A stretch of DNA of 54,835 nucleotides from a virus (taxonomy: Duplodnaviria > Caudoviricetes), in the IMG/VR virus record IMGVR_UViG_3300029448_000055, positions 1-54,835 of that record. One strand, given 5' to 3'. Made by a program: the position numbers and the translations under genes. The notes under the pieces were generated by a model that saw nothing but the letters and a program-made list of their open reading frames with translations, ran no database searches and was not told the origin of the DNA. Every line of letters starts with the position of its first letter. Position 1 is the stretch's first letter. Below are positions 37,632 to 47,196 of the stretch, piece by piece.

Positions 37632-38678
37632 CTAAAAACCTCCAGCTATAGTTGCTACTTGTCCTAATGTGCCAATACCTCTTTGTAAAGAACTAGGCAT
37701 GCTGTAAGTTTGTGGTTGATACATTTGAGCGCCAGTACCACCAGATATACCGCCCATTGGCAATCCAGCTAATAAGGCCTGCCCTCTTTGTAATCTAGTA
37801 AATGGTTCGTCAGCTAAGACATCAGCTGCTCTAAATCTTCTACTGAGAGCATCTTGAGTAATACCTCTTTGTGCTTGTCCTAGATTTTCAAGCGTGCCTA
37901 TTTGACCAGTTAATAAGTCTTGACCCGCTGCACCTATGGAACCAAGTTGTGAACCTAAGCCAGAAATACCTTGACCAAGTGTGCTGTAAGCTAAACCAGC
38001 CGTACCCATGCCTTGACCTAAAGATCCTAATTGACTGACTTGTTGAGCAGCAGCATCTCTAGCGCCTTGAAAACCTTGAGATCTAATACCGCCGACGGCT
38101 TCTAACAAACCTCTACCCAGTGCTTCTTGTCTTTCAGTTTCTTGCAATCTGCCTCGGCTACCGCCAAATGCTCCAGCGCTAACTGCACCAGCACGATTAG
38201 CTATGCCTTGCTGTTCTGATTGTTCAGTTATATCTCTAATAGCTTGTTGAACGACTTGTTGTTCAAATGGATCGCTAAAAGTTTTAATCGCTTCGCTAGG
38301 ATCTCTGGCCAATCTAGCTGCTTCTGCTAAATTAAAAGTGCCTTGATCTAATTGACCAATACCAGCTCTAGCAGCATCTATACCTTCTCTGGTAACGCCA
38401 GCTGCTTCTGGTATGTATTCACCAAACTGTCCTAGATTGCCAGATAAAGTTCTAGCCTCTCTTTCCAAATCTGTTAAATCAGCAGTGCCTTCAATAGGTA
38501 TATCTCTTTCTTGAGCTATTAAACCTTCATATTCTCCAGGCGAACCAAAGTAAGAAGATAGTATTCTTCTGCTAATATCCTCTGCGTAAGGATCAATAAA
38601 CTGATAACCAGTTTGTGGTAGCTCAAGAGATTCAGCTTCAACTTTTTCTATTTTAGGTTTTTTACAAGTACAACCCAT
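37632..38678 (-). CDS. Internal virion/DNA pilot-like protein
   Basis: Q/G/A-rich with GAFGGSRG motif. Confidence 0.7.
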   Translation of the reverse strand: MGCTCKKPKIEKVEAESLELPQTGYQFIDPYAEDISRRILSSYFGSPGEYEGLIAQERDIPIEGTADLTDLEREARTLSGNLGQFGEYIPEAAGVTREGIDAARAGIGQLDQGTFNLAEAARLARDPSEAIKTFSDPFEQQVVQQAIRDITEQSEQQGIANRAGAVSAGAFGGSRGRLQETERQEALGRGLLEAVGGIRSQGFQGARDAAAQQVSQLGSLGQGMGTAGLAYSTLGQGISGLGSQLGSIGAAGQDLLTGQIGTLENLGQAQRGITQDALSRRFRAADVLADEPFTRLQRGQALLAGLPMGGISGGTGAQMYQPQTYSMPSSLQRGIGTLGQVATIAGGF

Positions 38679-38683
38679 TATTA

Positions 38684-39172
38684 TTACCTCAAATCGTTGT
38701 AATAAGTTCCACCAATTTTATGAAACCCATTTTTAAAAAATAACTTTTCTGCTTTTTCAATGCTAGTAATATTATAGATACCCATAACTATAGGCTTGTT
38801 TTTTTCTTTAGCATAAGCCATAGCAGTTTTTAATAAAAGATCTGAAGGCTTTTCACCATCAGTAATTTCTCTGTGTTTAGGCAATACATAAAACCAAGAG
38901 TCACCTAAAAAATTTTCATTAGACCACCAATGATCGGTTTCTTCTAAACCCACACTGCCAACTATATTGCCATCTGTATCTCTCACTACAAAAACAATAC
39001 CATCTAAAAGAACACTGTTTATTTTATGTGAAACTCTACCCCAATGTAGTTTTGGTGATTTGCCATTAATTGAAAAAGAATGTTCTTTATGAAAATTATC
39101 AGCTAAAAATTCAGCTATCTCTTTACCATCTGCTTCACAAAATTTTAATTTATCTACCGTAAATTCACTCAT
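38684..39172 (-). CDS. GNAT-fold acetyltransferase-like protein
   Basis: IVGSVGL...WWS...FYVLPKHR...LFFKNGFHKIGG. Confidence 0.65.
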   Translation of the reverse strand: MSEFTVDKLKFCEADGKEIAEFLADNFHKEHSFSINGKSPKLHWGRVSHKINSVLLDGIVFVVRDTDGNIVGSVGLEETDHWWSNENFLGDSWFYVLPKHREITDGEKPSDLLLKTAMAYAKEKNKPIVMGIYNITSIEKAEKLFFKNGFHKIGGTYYNDLR

Positions 39173-40128
39173 GACATTGATCCCATGTAACCTTCAGCCG
39201 CTTTTTGTAAAGCGTACATTTGTTTTGCGCCTTCCATTCTTTGTGCAAATGGGTCATCAGCTGGCGCACCAGCTAAGGCACCGATACCACGTACTGCTTT
39301 AGCGTTGGTAATAAATTCACCATCACTCAACATGGCTGGTATTTTATCGTCACGTTCTCCACCAGGACCAGTTACTAAATCATCCCGATCTGGAAACATT
39401 TGACCATCTACCATCATGCCGTCGGCTGCGTATAGTTGACCTGCAATTCTTCTAGGCTTTAAATTAAATTGCACTCTTTCTTCTGGGGCTGCAGCCATAG
39501 GGTCAAACTTACCAGGTCTGCCAACATTGTAAGCCTTAGTAACCTCTGAATAATAAGGTCGATAGATAGCTTTAAGAGGAGAACTCTCATCAATGTATTG
39601 AGCAGAGTCTGGAGTATATTGTTGAGCTCTTTGTAAATCTAATATAGCTTTTTGTAATTCTCTATCGCCACCACTAAGACCTGGAAAAGTATCAATTAAC
39701 TTTTTTAATTCATTATCTAGTTCAGAAATACCACCATCAGCCATTCTAGTTATTGATGGAATGTTTGGTCTGTTTAAAGGACCAATGCCACCAGATGTTA
39801 ATCCTTGAATGTCTGTCATTTCTTCAAATTGACTTAATTTTTCAGAAATTTTATCGCTTTCTTCTTGATCGAATTTAAGATCTTTTATTTTGTCTTTTAA
39901 TTTTTCTAACATATCAGCAAATCCACCAGAGGCAAAACTCTCAATACCTTGTTTTTCTTTGAATACTTCCATTGCCATGTCTGGGTCCATAGCCATACCA
40001 CCAGCTTCTAACATAGCCACTCCACCAGCAGCAAAACTATCTGGATCGTAGCCCATTTTTTCTACGACATCAGGTCTCTTATTTGCTAGAGACATTAAGC
40101 CTTCTTGATTTGGTTTTATGTCTTTCAT
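39169..40128 (-). CDS. Internal virion protein
   Basis: GPGGERDDKIPAMLSDGEFI motif; repeated AxGG motifs. Confidence 0.65.
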   Translation of the reverse strand: MKDIKPNQEGLMSLANKRPDVVEKMGYDPDSFAAGGVAMLEAGGMAMDPDMAMEVFKEKQGIESFASGGFADMLEKLKDKIKDLKFDQEESDKISEKLSQFEEMTDIQGLTSGGIGPLNRPNIPSITRMADGGISELDNELKKLIDTFPGLSGGDRELQKAILDLQRAQQYTPDSAQYIDESSPLKAIYRPYYSEVTKAYNVGRPGKFDPMAAAPEERVQFNLKPRRIAGQLYAADGMMVDGQMFPDRDDLVTGPGGERDDKIPAMLSDGEFITNAKAVRGIGALAGAPADDPFAQRMEGAKQMYALQKAAEGYMGSMS

Positions 40129-40132
40129 ATAA

Positions 40133-40528
40133 CTATTCCTTTAAATTACTACGTGCGACAGATTTAGACTTTTCCCAGCTACGCATACCACCAAGTCCTA
40201 GTAAACTCATAGTTAAAGTTAACAAACCTTCGGTTGCTATTTCTGGTATTGGGATATCAGATCCTGAAACCATTAAGCCCCAATTCAATATAGGTCCTAT
40301 AAAAAAAGACCATAACAATCCTAAACAACACACCCACATAATCGCTGGTCTAGCACCGGCGACAAACATGGACGGGTTTTTAGCTTGTTCTTTATTAACT
40401 TCTATTTGAGCTAGATTTGCATTGTGTAATTGCATATCCAACTCATGCTGTAACTTAGCTTTCAAATCTTTGTCTTCAACAAACTTGTCTAAAACTTTGC
40501 CAGCTACACCTACTACTGAATCTAACAT
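40133..40528 (-). CDS. Holin (3TM holin-like)
   Basis: FVAGARPAIMWVC, hydrophobic helices, LLGLGGMRSWEK; next to endolysin. Confidence 0.8.
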   Translation of the reverse strand: MLDSVVGVAGKVLDKFVEDKDLKAKLQHELDMQLHNANLAQIEVNKEQAKNPSMFVAGARPAIMWVCCLGLLWSFFIGPILNWGLMVSGSDIPIPEIATEGLLTLTMSLLGLGGMRSWEKSKSVARSNLKE

Positions 40529-40577
40529 AATTCCTCGTGTAAGTTATCAAAAGTCATCATAAGATGCGCCATGTTGT

Positions 40578-41048
40578 TCATACTATTCTATATGTACTTC
40601 CGTCAAAAGTCATGGCTATCTTCCTATTATCTTCTGGGTTTGCATAAGAGACATGTACCCAGCCACTATTAGGACTAACGCCATCGTAATATTCTAAAAT
40701 AATCTGATCGTACTCTAAATTTTCTATAATGTAGTTAAACAAACTTTCGTTATCAACAGTTGGTATTTCTATGTCTACTGCTTGCCCTAAACAATGTTGA
40801 CTTTTTGCTGAGCCACCTATGGCTTTGTTTAGTTCTGGGGATCTATAACCACTATTAGGACTAAAAGCAATTTTGTAGTGATCTCTAATTGGTTGTACTA
40901 CATTTTCACAAAGATTAATTAAATTGTTAAGTATTTCTTCATCTTGAATAGAATTATCTATTTCTTTACGTTTAGCAGTTTGACTTTTAACAAACTCACG
41001 GATTGTAAAGTTCTTACTAAGTTTAGTATTTTCGTCCCAATCGTTCAC
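40578..41048 (-). CDS. Endolysin, peptidase M15 family
   Basis: LSKNFT, SGYRSPELN, SQHCLGQAVD, WVHVSY; probable GTG start at 41048 overlapping the upstream TGA. Confidence 0.88.
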   Translation of the reverse strand: MNDWDENTKLSKNFTIREFVKSQTAKRKEIDNSIQDEEILNNLINLCENVVQPIRDHYKIAFSPNSGYRSPELNKAIGGSAKSQHCLGQAVDIEIPTVDNESLFNYIIENLEYDQIILEYYDGVSPNSGWVHVSYANPEDNRKIAMTFDGSTYRIV

Positions 41049-41401
41049 GAGTAACTGGTTCTTTTTCTGCGATTTGACATAACTGCGCCACAACCTTTGT
41101 TTAAGCGCGTAACAATACCGCCATCTTTTTTTTTGACAATCGTTTTTACATTGGTTGGTTTACCACCAACGCCTTGAGGCTTGGCTCTTTTTCTAGCTAC
41201 CGCACTTTTTCTTTGAGCTGCTGTCATGCTGTTGGCTTTGGCTCTGGGCACACACTTAGGATATTTTCTTTTTGAACCTTTGACCTTGGCTCGACCACAG
41301 CTTTGAAACTTGCCATCTTTTTTAGGTGCACCGATATCTACCCAATCACCTTTAGGGCCTTTACCAAACCATTCTGTTAAACCGCCCGTAGGTTTTGCCA
41401 T
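41045..41401 (-). CDS. Basic phage protein
   Basis: WVDIG...CGR...YPKCVP; K/R-rich. Confidence 0.7.
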   Translation of the reverse strand: MAKPTGGLTEWFGKGPKGDWVDIGAPKKDGKFQSCGRAKVKGSKRKYPKCVPRAKANSMTAAQRKSAVARKRAKPQGVGGKPTNVKTIVKKKDGGIVTRLNKGCGAVMSNRRKRTSYS

Positions 41402-41682
41402 TACTTGTACCCACCACCGCGTTTTTTATAAGTTCTAACCAACCAAGCATTAGCATAAGCTGAAGGATAAACTTTAAATTTACGTTTGGCTTCAGCTTTT
41501 ACTCTAGAGTACAGAGCTGGATTAGTTGGCTTAGCACCGCTTTTCTTTTTCTTAACGCTACCACCTTTTTTTAATTTAAGAGCGGCCAAGCTTCTAGCTT
41601 GTTTAGCATGTGCGTTACTAGCTTTTTTTAAAGCTTTTGTAACTTTTTTTACCGTTCTTTTTACTTTTTTTCTAGCTACCAT
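41401..41682 (-). CDS. Basic phage protein
   Basis: PTNPALYSRVKAEAK...YPSAYA...YKKRGGGYK. Confidence 0.7.
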   Translation of the reverse strand: MVARKKVKRTVKKVTKALKKASNAHAKQARSLAALKLKKGGSVKKKKSGAKPTNPALYSRVKAEAKRKFKVYPSAYANAWLVRTYKKRGGGYK

Positions 41683-41997
41683 TTAACACCTCCATCTTTT
41701 TCGTGCTTGTCTTAATCTAGAATTAGGATTCTTTGCTGCCTTTGGAAACTTTTTCATTTGTCCAGCGGATCTAGCACAAAAAGATTTACGACGTTTGGCT
41801 GCTTTGCTACCTTTTTTTACCTTGCCAGTTACTGCTGTTTTTAATTTAGATCCTGGGTTTAACTTTCGATAAGCTTTGACTCCAGCTTTAGTCATACCAG
41901 CACCAGATTTTGTCGCACGAAAATTCTTTTTATTTCTAGCTGGCATCTTGCCTTTCTTTCTAGTCGTCTTTGCCATTTGTGCTCTACTGATTGCCAC
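41683..41997 (-). CDS. Basic phage protein with capsid-like N-terminus
   Basis: MAISRAQMAK...RRKSFCARS...SRLRQARKRWRC. Confidence 0.7.
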   Translation of the reverse strand: MAISRAQMAKTTRKKGKMPARNKKNFRATKSGAGMTKAGVKAYRKLNPGSKLKTAVTGKVKKGSKAAKRRKSFCARSAGQMKKFPKAAKNPNSRLRQARKRWRC

Positions 41998-42144
41998 TTA
42001 TTTGTTTCTTATTTTTATAAATGTTTTGCGTCCCAAGGCTTGATTTCTTTTCATCTTGTTTTCTGCTTGTTCTAAAGTAGCATTACGCATAATTGGTATT
42101 TCTACCCCATGTTGAAAAACATCATATTTACTTTCTTCGGTCAT
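41998..42144 (-). CDS. Hypothetical protein (48 aa; not in ORF track)
   Basis: GAGG RBS; MTEESKYDVFQHG...KIRNK fills the gap exactly. Confidence 0.55.
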   Translation of the reverse strand: MTEESKYDVFQHGVEIPIMRNATLEQAENKMKRNQALGRKTFIKIRNK

Positions 42145-42153
42145 ATTATTCCT

Positions 42154-42486
42154 CTATGAAATTGTAACGCTAATAGCTCCTAAGCTAGAAGTCATTTGTG
42201 GACTAAATTTAACTTTGCTATCAGCAACAGTAAGTATAGCAAATGGTTCAGTAATGTCGGCAAAACCAACACCATCAAATACTTGCAATGAATTAGTCGT
42301 GGTATTAAAAATAATAGTACCAGCGTTAAAATTTGATTGATCTCTTTCTGTCGTAGTAAATTGTTCAGTATTAATAGGATCAAACTCGCCTAAGTTTAAT
42401 TCTAATAATCTAACCAAACGATTGAATAAATCCGGCGTTACCAAACCATTAGCAATAGGTAATCTAGTGCCTAATAGTTTTGCCAT
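42154..42486 (-). CDS. Tail-associated protein
   Basis: FTTTERD...GTIIFNTTTNSLQVFDG motif; after nozzle. Confidence 0.6.
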   Translation of the reverse strand: MAKLLGTRLPIANGLVTPDLFNRLVRLLELNLGEFDPINTEQFTTTERDQSNFNAGTIIFNTTTNSLQVFDGVGFADITEPFAILTVADSKVKFSPQMTSSLGAISVTIS

Positions 42487-44621
42487 TATCTTCTGCCGTC
42501 AGCTTGAATATCGTAACGAGTTGCCCCTAAACGCCAACCTACACCTAAATTGCCATTGTTACCATCGTTAGACGCTAAACGTACTACTGCTTGTCTGCCT
42601 CTAGCTCTAATGTGGCCTTGTTTAGTGCTTGGTGTAACAGTTGAAGTTTGCCCAGAACTCAACGTATCGCCTGGGAAGTCTCTAGTTTTAGTAACTATAT
42701 TAACGTTAGAAGCTGCATCATCATCTAAAAATTTCACATCTGGTATAACTTTTTTTAGAAAAGAAAAACTATCGCCGTCGCCTAAATCAAAATCAGATGA
42801 CTCAATAAAAACATTGGTCATTTCAGCACCATCATTATCAAAGCCAAACTCATGCTGGTAAAGATAATTACTACCAACAGCTTGTGGGTATTCTTCAATA
42901 TTAGAATCTAACCAAGCAGTTCTATTCAGTTGTCCGTAATACCAAACTTGTTCTTGATAATTGTAGATTACATATCTGTCTATTTCAGTGGCACTAGCAG
43001 AAGGATAGAACCAACCTACTTCAGAATGTTTATTGTTACTAAAGCCGTGTATTTTAAAACCTTGCTCTTGGTTGATATCACTAAAAACATAGTTTCTAAC
43101 GGTGCAAGGTAATTGTTGCACTGTACCATTGTATAAATAGAAAGAATCGTAACTCATAAAGAAGACACCGCTAGGCGCAGTAATCGCTGCTTTAGGTCCT
43201 ATTAGCCCAGTGTTTTCATTTATTAAATTTAAACCAAAGGTAAATGGTGGCCCAATAAATTGCATACTGTAAATGGCAGTATCAGTAAAAACAATTATCT
43301 CTTGTCTGGCTTTTACTGCACCAATAATCTTAGAACCAGAGGATAGTCTTAGTGACCCAGCTGTATTGGTTGTTAAGGTTCTAAAATCTAATGGGTTTTC
43401 TTGATCACTAAAAGCAATAAGCATGGGATCTATCTCGCCAGATCTCGAGTCGTTAACAATTGGATCTGTGCCAAAAACAATTAAATGTCGATCGGTTTCT
43501 GAAGTTAAAACTTGTAAGCCTACTGTTGGCACTTGATTTGCGCCTGTTTGACTACTTAGCTCAACTGCTCTATTGCCTGTACCATTATTTTCAACCCAAC
43601 GATAAACACCACCACCTCGAACATTTAAAATTAAATCTTCACCGTAGTTGTCATGACTCCAAAGTCTTAAATTATTTAATGAAGTTTCTACTCCAGAAGT
43701 TGCAGCCACACCCCAACCATTAAAGTCATTAGCAGCATCAGCATTGCCTGTAACTAATTGCACAGTGGCACCATCACTATGTGCTGCTGCTGTAGTTCCT
43801 TGCACGCCACGAGTACAACTGCTCAAAGTATTTGTAGAAACTGACCCGATAGTTATTAATTCTTCACCTATTAAAATAGTATCATTAGCTACAAAGCCAG
43901 TAGCACTGGTTAATATTATAGTGGTGTCAGAATTAGAGATACCACCAGAATCATTTAAAGTTGTAGTCAAAGCACCATCTGTATTACCGCCCCAAAGTCC
44001 AGCACCCCAACCTGTAGACCTAACTACAATATCTAAACCAGTATTTATTTGATAAGAACCATCTGTGCCTGAGCCACTATTACCTGTATCACTACTATTA
44101 GCGGTAACCGTACTACCAGAAGTATCTTTAGCGGTAATAGTATAAGTATTACCATCAATAATATTTGTTATCTGATATTCTTGATTTAGGACAGTAGCTG
44201 TAATTAAACCACCTAAAGTAGCTGCTCCAGAAATAGTAACAAAATCATTTACTACTGCTCCGTGCGAAGCATCTGTTACTGTTAAAGTTGATGAGCCATT
44301 GGTGGCAGCAAAAGTTATTGAATTGGTGCTGGTTTTTCTAATCGGTGTAATGTCGTTGTAGGCATTGTTGTTCTCAACTACGTAATATTTTAAATGTGTG
44401 CCTATTCCTAAATATTTAACCCCAACTAAAGATACAAAATTATGCAAGGCCCTAGCTGTGCCTTGATAAGTAGAAGTTAAAAGTTTTTGCCAGCCACCAA
44501 ATTTTTCAGGCAAGCCCATGCGAAAACGAATTAAGTTGCAATCAAACCAACTGCTACCATTATCGTATGAAGTACCTTCACGATTTATTCCAGGTTGAAA
44601 AGTTATTTTTTGTAGAGCCAT
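42486..44621 (-). CDS. Tail nozzle / packaged-DNA stabilisation protein (P22 gp10-like)
   Basis: 711 aa beta-rich; PGINRE, FSDQE, NTAGSLRL, EVGWFYPS, WRLG...DGRR. Confidence 0.75.
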   Translation of the reverse strand: MALQKITFQPGINREGTSYDNGSSWFDCNLIRFRMGLPEKFGGWQKLLTSTYQGTARALHNFVSLVGVKYLGIGTHLKYYVVENNNAYNDITPIRKTSTNSITFAATNGSSTLTVTDASHGAVVNDFVTISGAATLGGLITATVLNQEYQITNIIDGNTYTITAKDTSGSTVTANSSDTGNSGSGTDGSYQINTGLDIVVRSTGWGAGLWGGNTDGALTTTLNDSGGISNSDTTIILTSATGFVANDTILIGEELITIGSVSTNTLSSCTRGVQGTTAAAHSDGATVQLVTGNADAANDFNGWGVAATSGVETSLNNLRLWSHDNYGEDLILNVRGGGVYRWVENNGTGNRAVELSSQTGANQVPTVGLQVLTSETDRHLIVFGTDPIVNDSRSGEIDPMLIAFSDQENPLDFRTLTTNTAGSLRLSSGSKIIGAVKARQEIIVFTDTAIYSMQFIGPPFTFGLNLINENTGLIGPKAAITAPSGVFFMSYDSFYLYNGTVQQLPCTVRNYVFSDINQEQGFKIHGFSNNKHSEVGWFYPSASATEIDRYVIYNYQEQVWYYGQLNRTAWLDSNIEEYPQAVGSNYLYQHEFGFDNDGAEMTNVFIESSDFDLGDGDSFSFLKKVIPDVKFLDDDAASNVNIVTKTRDFPGDTLSSGQTSTVTPSTKQGHIRARGRQAVVRLASNDGNNGNLGVGWRLGATRYDIQADGRR

Positions 44622-44657
44622 TTTTTTATTTTACACAAAAAAAATAAACTACATAAG

Positions 44658-44867
44658 CTAGAAGAGTGATGTTTTTATCATAAAGCCAGTAATAGTTAGC
44701 ATTAGAGTACCAAAAAAAACTAGCCCAGCTCTAATGCTTTTGTTTATTGATTTTACTTCGGTTTCAATTGTTTCTAATCTACGCCAGTTTTCACGCCATC
44801 TAACTTCGCAAGCTGCCTCATGTGCTGATAATCGTTTATCTATTTCTGCAACAGTTGCTCTAGCCAT
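44658..44867 (-). CDS. Small coiled-coil protein with C-terminal TM
   Basis: LSAHEAACEVRW then hydrophobic C-terminus. Confidence 0.65.
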   Translation of the reverse strand: MARATVAEIDKRLSAHEAACEVRWRENWRRLETIETEVKSINKSIRAGLVFFGTLMLTITGFMIKTSLF

Positions 44868-44868
44868 T

Positions 44869-44988
44869 TTATTCGTTAAACCAATTTTTTAAATTGTATT
44901 TAATTTGTTCGTATTTACTAGGTGAAAATTTTCTCAGAGCAACCACCCCTAAAATCACTATGCCTAAAATTACTATTAATGTTTCCAT
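44869..44988 (-). CDS. Small membrane protein (39 aa; not in ORF track)
   Basis: GAGGT RBS; METLIVILGIVILGVVALRK... Confidence 0.55.
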   Translation of the reverse strand: METLIVILGIVILGVVALRKFSPSKYEQIKYNLKNWFNE

Positions 44989-44990
44989 AT

Positions 44991-45287
44991 CTACCTCTTG
45001 TTTATTGATATTAAAGGATTACCACTATCATCTTGTTTTTTCTGTATGGCATCAACTTTATCTTGCAAAGCTTTTATTTCTGTTTGTAGTACTAAAATTT
45101 CTTTTTCTATGACTACATCAGTATCAGTTAAGGCTTGTAATTCTTTTTTATAAGAAACACCTGAACGCTTTTCAACTGCTTCTAACCTAGTCACATACCC
45201 AGCACCAGTATAACCAAAACCAGCAATAGTACTAACTAAAGCAGCCACTGCGATTAATTGTCCTAATTTTCCTTTAAGCCATTCCAT
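44991..45287 (-). CDS. Membrane-anchored coiled-coil protein
   Basis: N-terminal hydrophobic helix then heptad repeats. Confidence 0.65.
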   Translation of the reverse strand: MEWLKGKLGQLIAVAALVSTIAGFGYTGAGYVTRLEAVEKRSGVSYKKELQALTDTDVVIEKEILVLQTEIKALQDKVDAIQKKQDDSGNPLISINKR

Positions 45288-45288
45288 A

Positions 45289-47196
45289 TTATAAATTCGG
45301 TTGTGTTGCTTTTATTTTAACAAGATTTTGATAATTTGCATCAAACATTTGTATAAAAGCAGACTCATTATCAAGTATTATGTTATCAGTATAAATGGCT
45401 TTAGCTTTGTACCAATCCATCTTATTAGGTAATTTCGTAGTTCGATAAGCATCAAACCCAGGTACGTAGTTTATGTAGTTAATTATTTTTTCTTCTTCAC
45501 CGTATTCGTTATTAGCAACTCTTTCTTCAACAACTTGGTCAGCTTGATCTTCTAAATTTTGAGCAATAATATTATCAGCAATTGTATCTGCTTCTGATTT
45601 TTCTATTTGTTGAACGTTATCCATACTGTTTTGATCTGTGGTATCTGCATTAATACTAACAACAGTTGTCACAATACTTTCAGATCCTATATCTGTAATA
45701 TTTTGTGTGCCAGTATTTACAGAATCCATATTCATAGTATCAAAGCTCACACTCATATTGGCGTTTGTTTGTCCAGAACCACTACTACCAATTGCATGTA
45801 TATCATTTCCAGCGGTAGTGCCACTAACACTATTAGCTGCAGCACTAACTGTTTGTGCCACTACGTCTAATTGAGTCTGCGTGATACCAGATTTTTCATC
45901 TATTTTACCTATTGCTATAGCTTCTACTTCTATTTCTACTACTTCTTCTATTTCTGGTTCTTCAAGCTCTACTATTATTTCTTCTACTTCTTCTTCGTAC
46001 TGTGGTTCAAAATACTCTTCTATTATTTCTTCTAACTCTTCTATAAAAATTTCTTCTTCGATAAATTCTTCAGAAAAAAATTCTTCTTCTAAACGCATAG
46101 TTAATTCAAAAGGTTGTTCAAAAGGTGTTAAAGCTATAAGTTCAATTGGTAATTCATATAGTTCTGGTAGTGGATCTAACTCAAACACGGTTTCTTGACG
46201 AAAAGAATCTTCTATGAATACAGGTTGAAAATATGATTCCTCTACACGCATAGGTTCAAAAAATACCTCTTCTTCATAAAAGAAAAATTCTGGTTCTTCA
46301 ATAAAAGTACCCATTGCCATAAGCTCTTGTTCATCAATAAAACCATAATCAAATTCTTCTTCTTGCACAAAATAACCAATGTCTTGTTCAAATCTATAGC
46401 CAGCACAAAACGGAGCATATTGCGGATCTATGTCACATTGTTGATCGTCAAAAGCTTCCCAATAGCCAGGGCAACTCATATCATTAAGTGGGTTAGAACA
46501 ATCAATACTGCTACCGTTACCGGAGCCAACCCCATATAAAGAGCCACCATTTTCTAAACCAGAGTTTGCTATAGAGTTATTCCAATCAACAGTTACGCAA
46601 GTGCCTGAGTTAGTGGTACCCGTGCTACATTCATCATAAAATAAATACGTATATTTTTCTGTGCTGTTACCAGCTTCACCAATAAGTACATCATGTGTTT
46701 GTATATCTAAATCACCATATCTGTACTCAAAAGTATTATTAGGCCACAGTATTATTTCAAAACTATTGTCACTACCACTACGATTGTATTCACGCAGTTC
46801 ATACCAACCAAAAATCATTTTGCTTGAGTCTCCCCAAGATTTCATTCTTGCATTGCTATCTCTAATTAAGTCTGTCCAAAAAGGGTACATGGTATAAGTA
46901 TGTTGACCGGTTAATGGATCTGGCGTGTAATCATTACAATAAGCGCCACTAGTTTTAAAATGCAAACAACCATTGGTGGCCATACGCGCTTGACTAAAAG
47001 TTTGATCGTAAAAAGTAAAATTAAAAGATAAGTCTATAGCTGGTGAAACACCATCATCTGCTACTTCATAAGCTAGTTCGCCTTCAAAATTATTGGCGTT
47101 AGTTTGTAGTTGATATAAAGGTTGGTTTGCTTCTGGGATGTAGTTGCTAAAAATAAAACTACTAAATAAAGCCAGACTAACTATACTCTTTTTCAC
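45289..47196 (-). CDS. Secreted protein with nidogen (NIDO)-like domain, Cys-rich linker and E-rich region
   Basis: Signal peptide MKKSIVSLALFSSFIFS; FNFTFYD...TNGCLHF...PFWTDL...FEIILW; very acidic middle. Confidence 0.6.
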   Translation of the reverse strand: MKKSIVSLALFSSFIFSNYIPEANQPLYQLQTNANNFEGELAYEVADDGVSPAIDLSFNFTFYDQTFSQARMATNGCLHFKTSGAYCNDYTPDPLTGQHTYTMYPFWTDLIRDSNARMKSWGDSSKMIFGWYELREYNRSGSDNSFEIILWPNNTFEYRYGDLDIQTHDVLIGEAGNSTEKYTYLFYDECSTGTTNSGTCVTVDWNNSIANSGLENGGSLYGVGSGNGSSIDCSNPLNDMSCPGYWEAFDDQQCDIDPQYAPFCAGYRFEQDIGYFVQEEEFDYGFIDEQELMAMGTFIEEPEFFFYEEEVFFEPMRVEESYFQPVFIEDSFRQETVFELDPLPELYELPIELIALTPFEQPFELTMRLEEEFFSEEFIEEEIFIEELEEIIEEYFEPQYEEEVEEIIVELEEPEIEEVVEIEVEAIAIGKIDEKSGITQTQLDVVAQTVSAAANSVSGTTAGNDIHAIGSSGSGQTNANMSVSFDTMNMDSVNTGTQNITDIGSESIVTTVVSINADTTDQNSMDNVQQIEKSEADTIADNIIAQNLEDQADQVVEERVANNEYGEEEKIINYINYVPGFDAYRTTKLPNKMDWYKAKAIYTDNIILDNESAFIQMFDANYQNLVKIKATQPNL

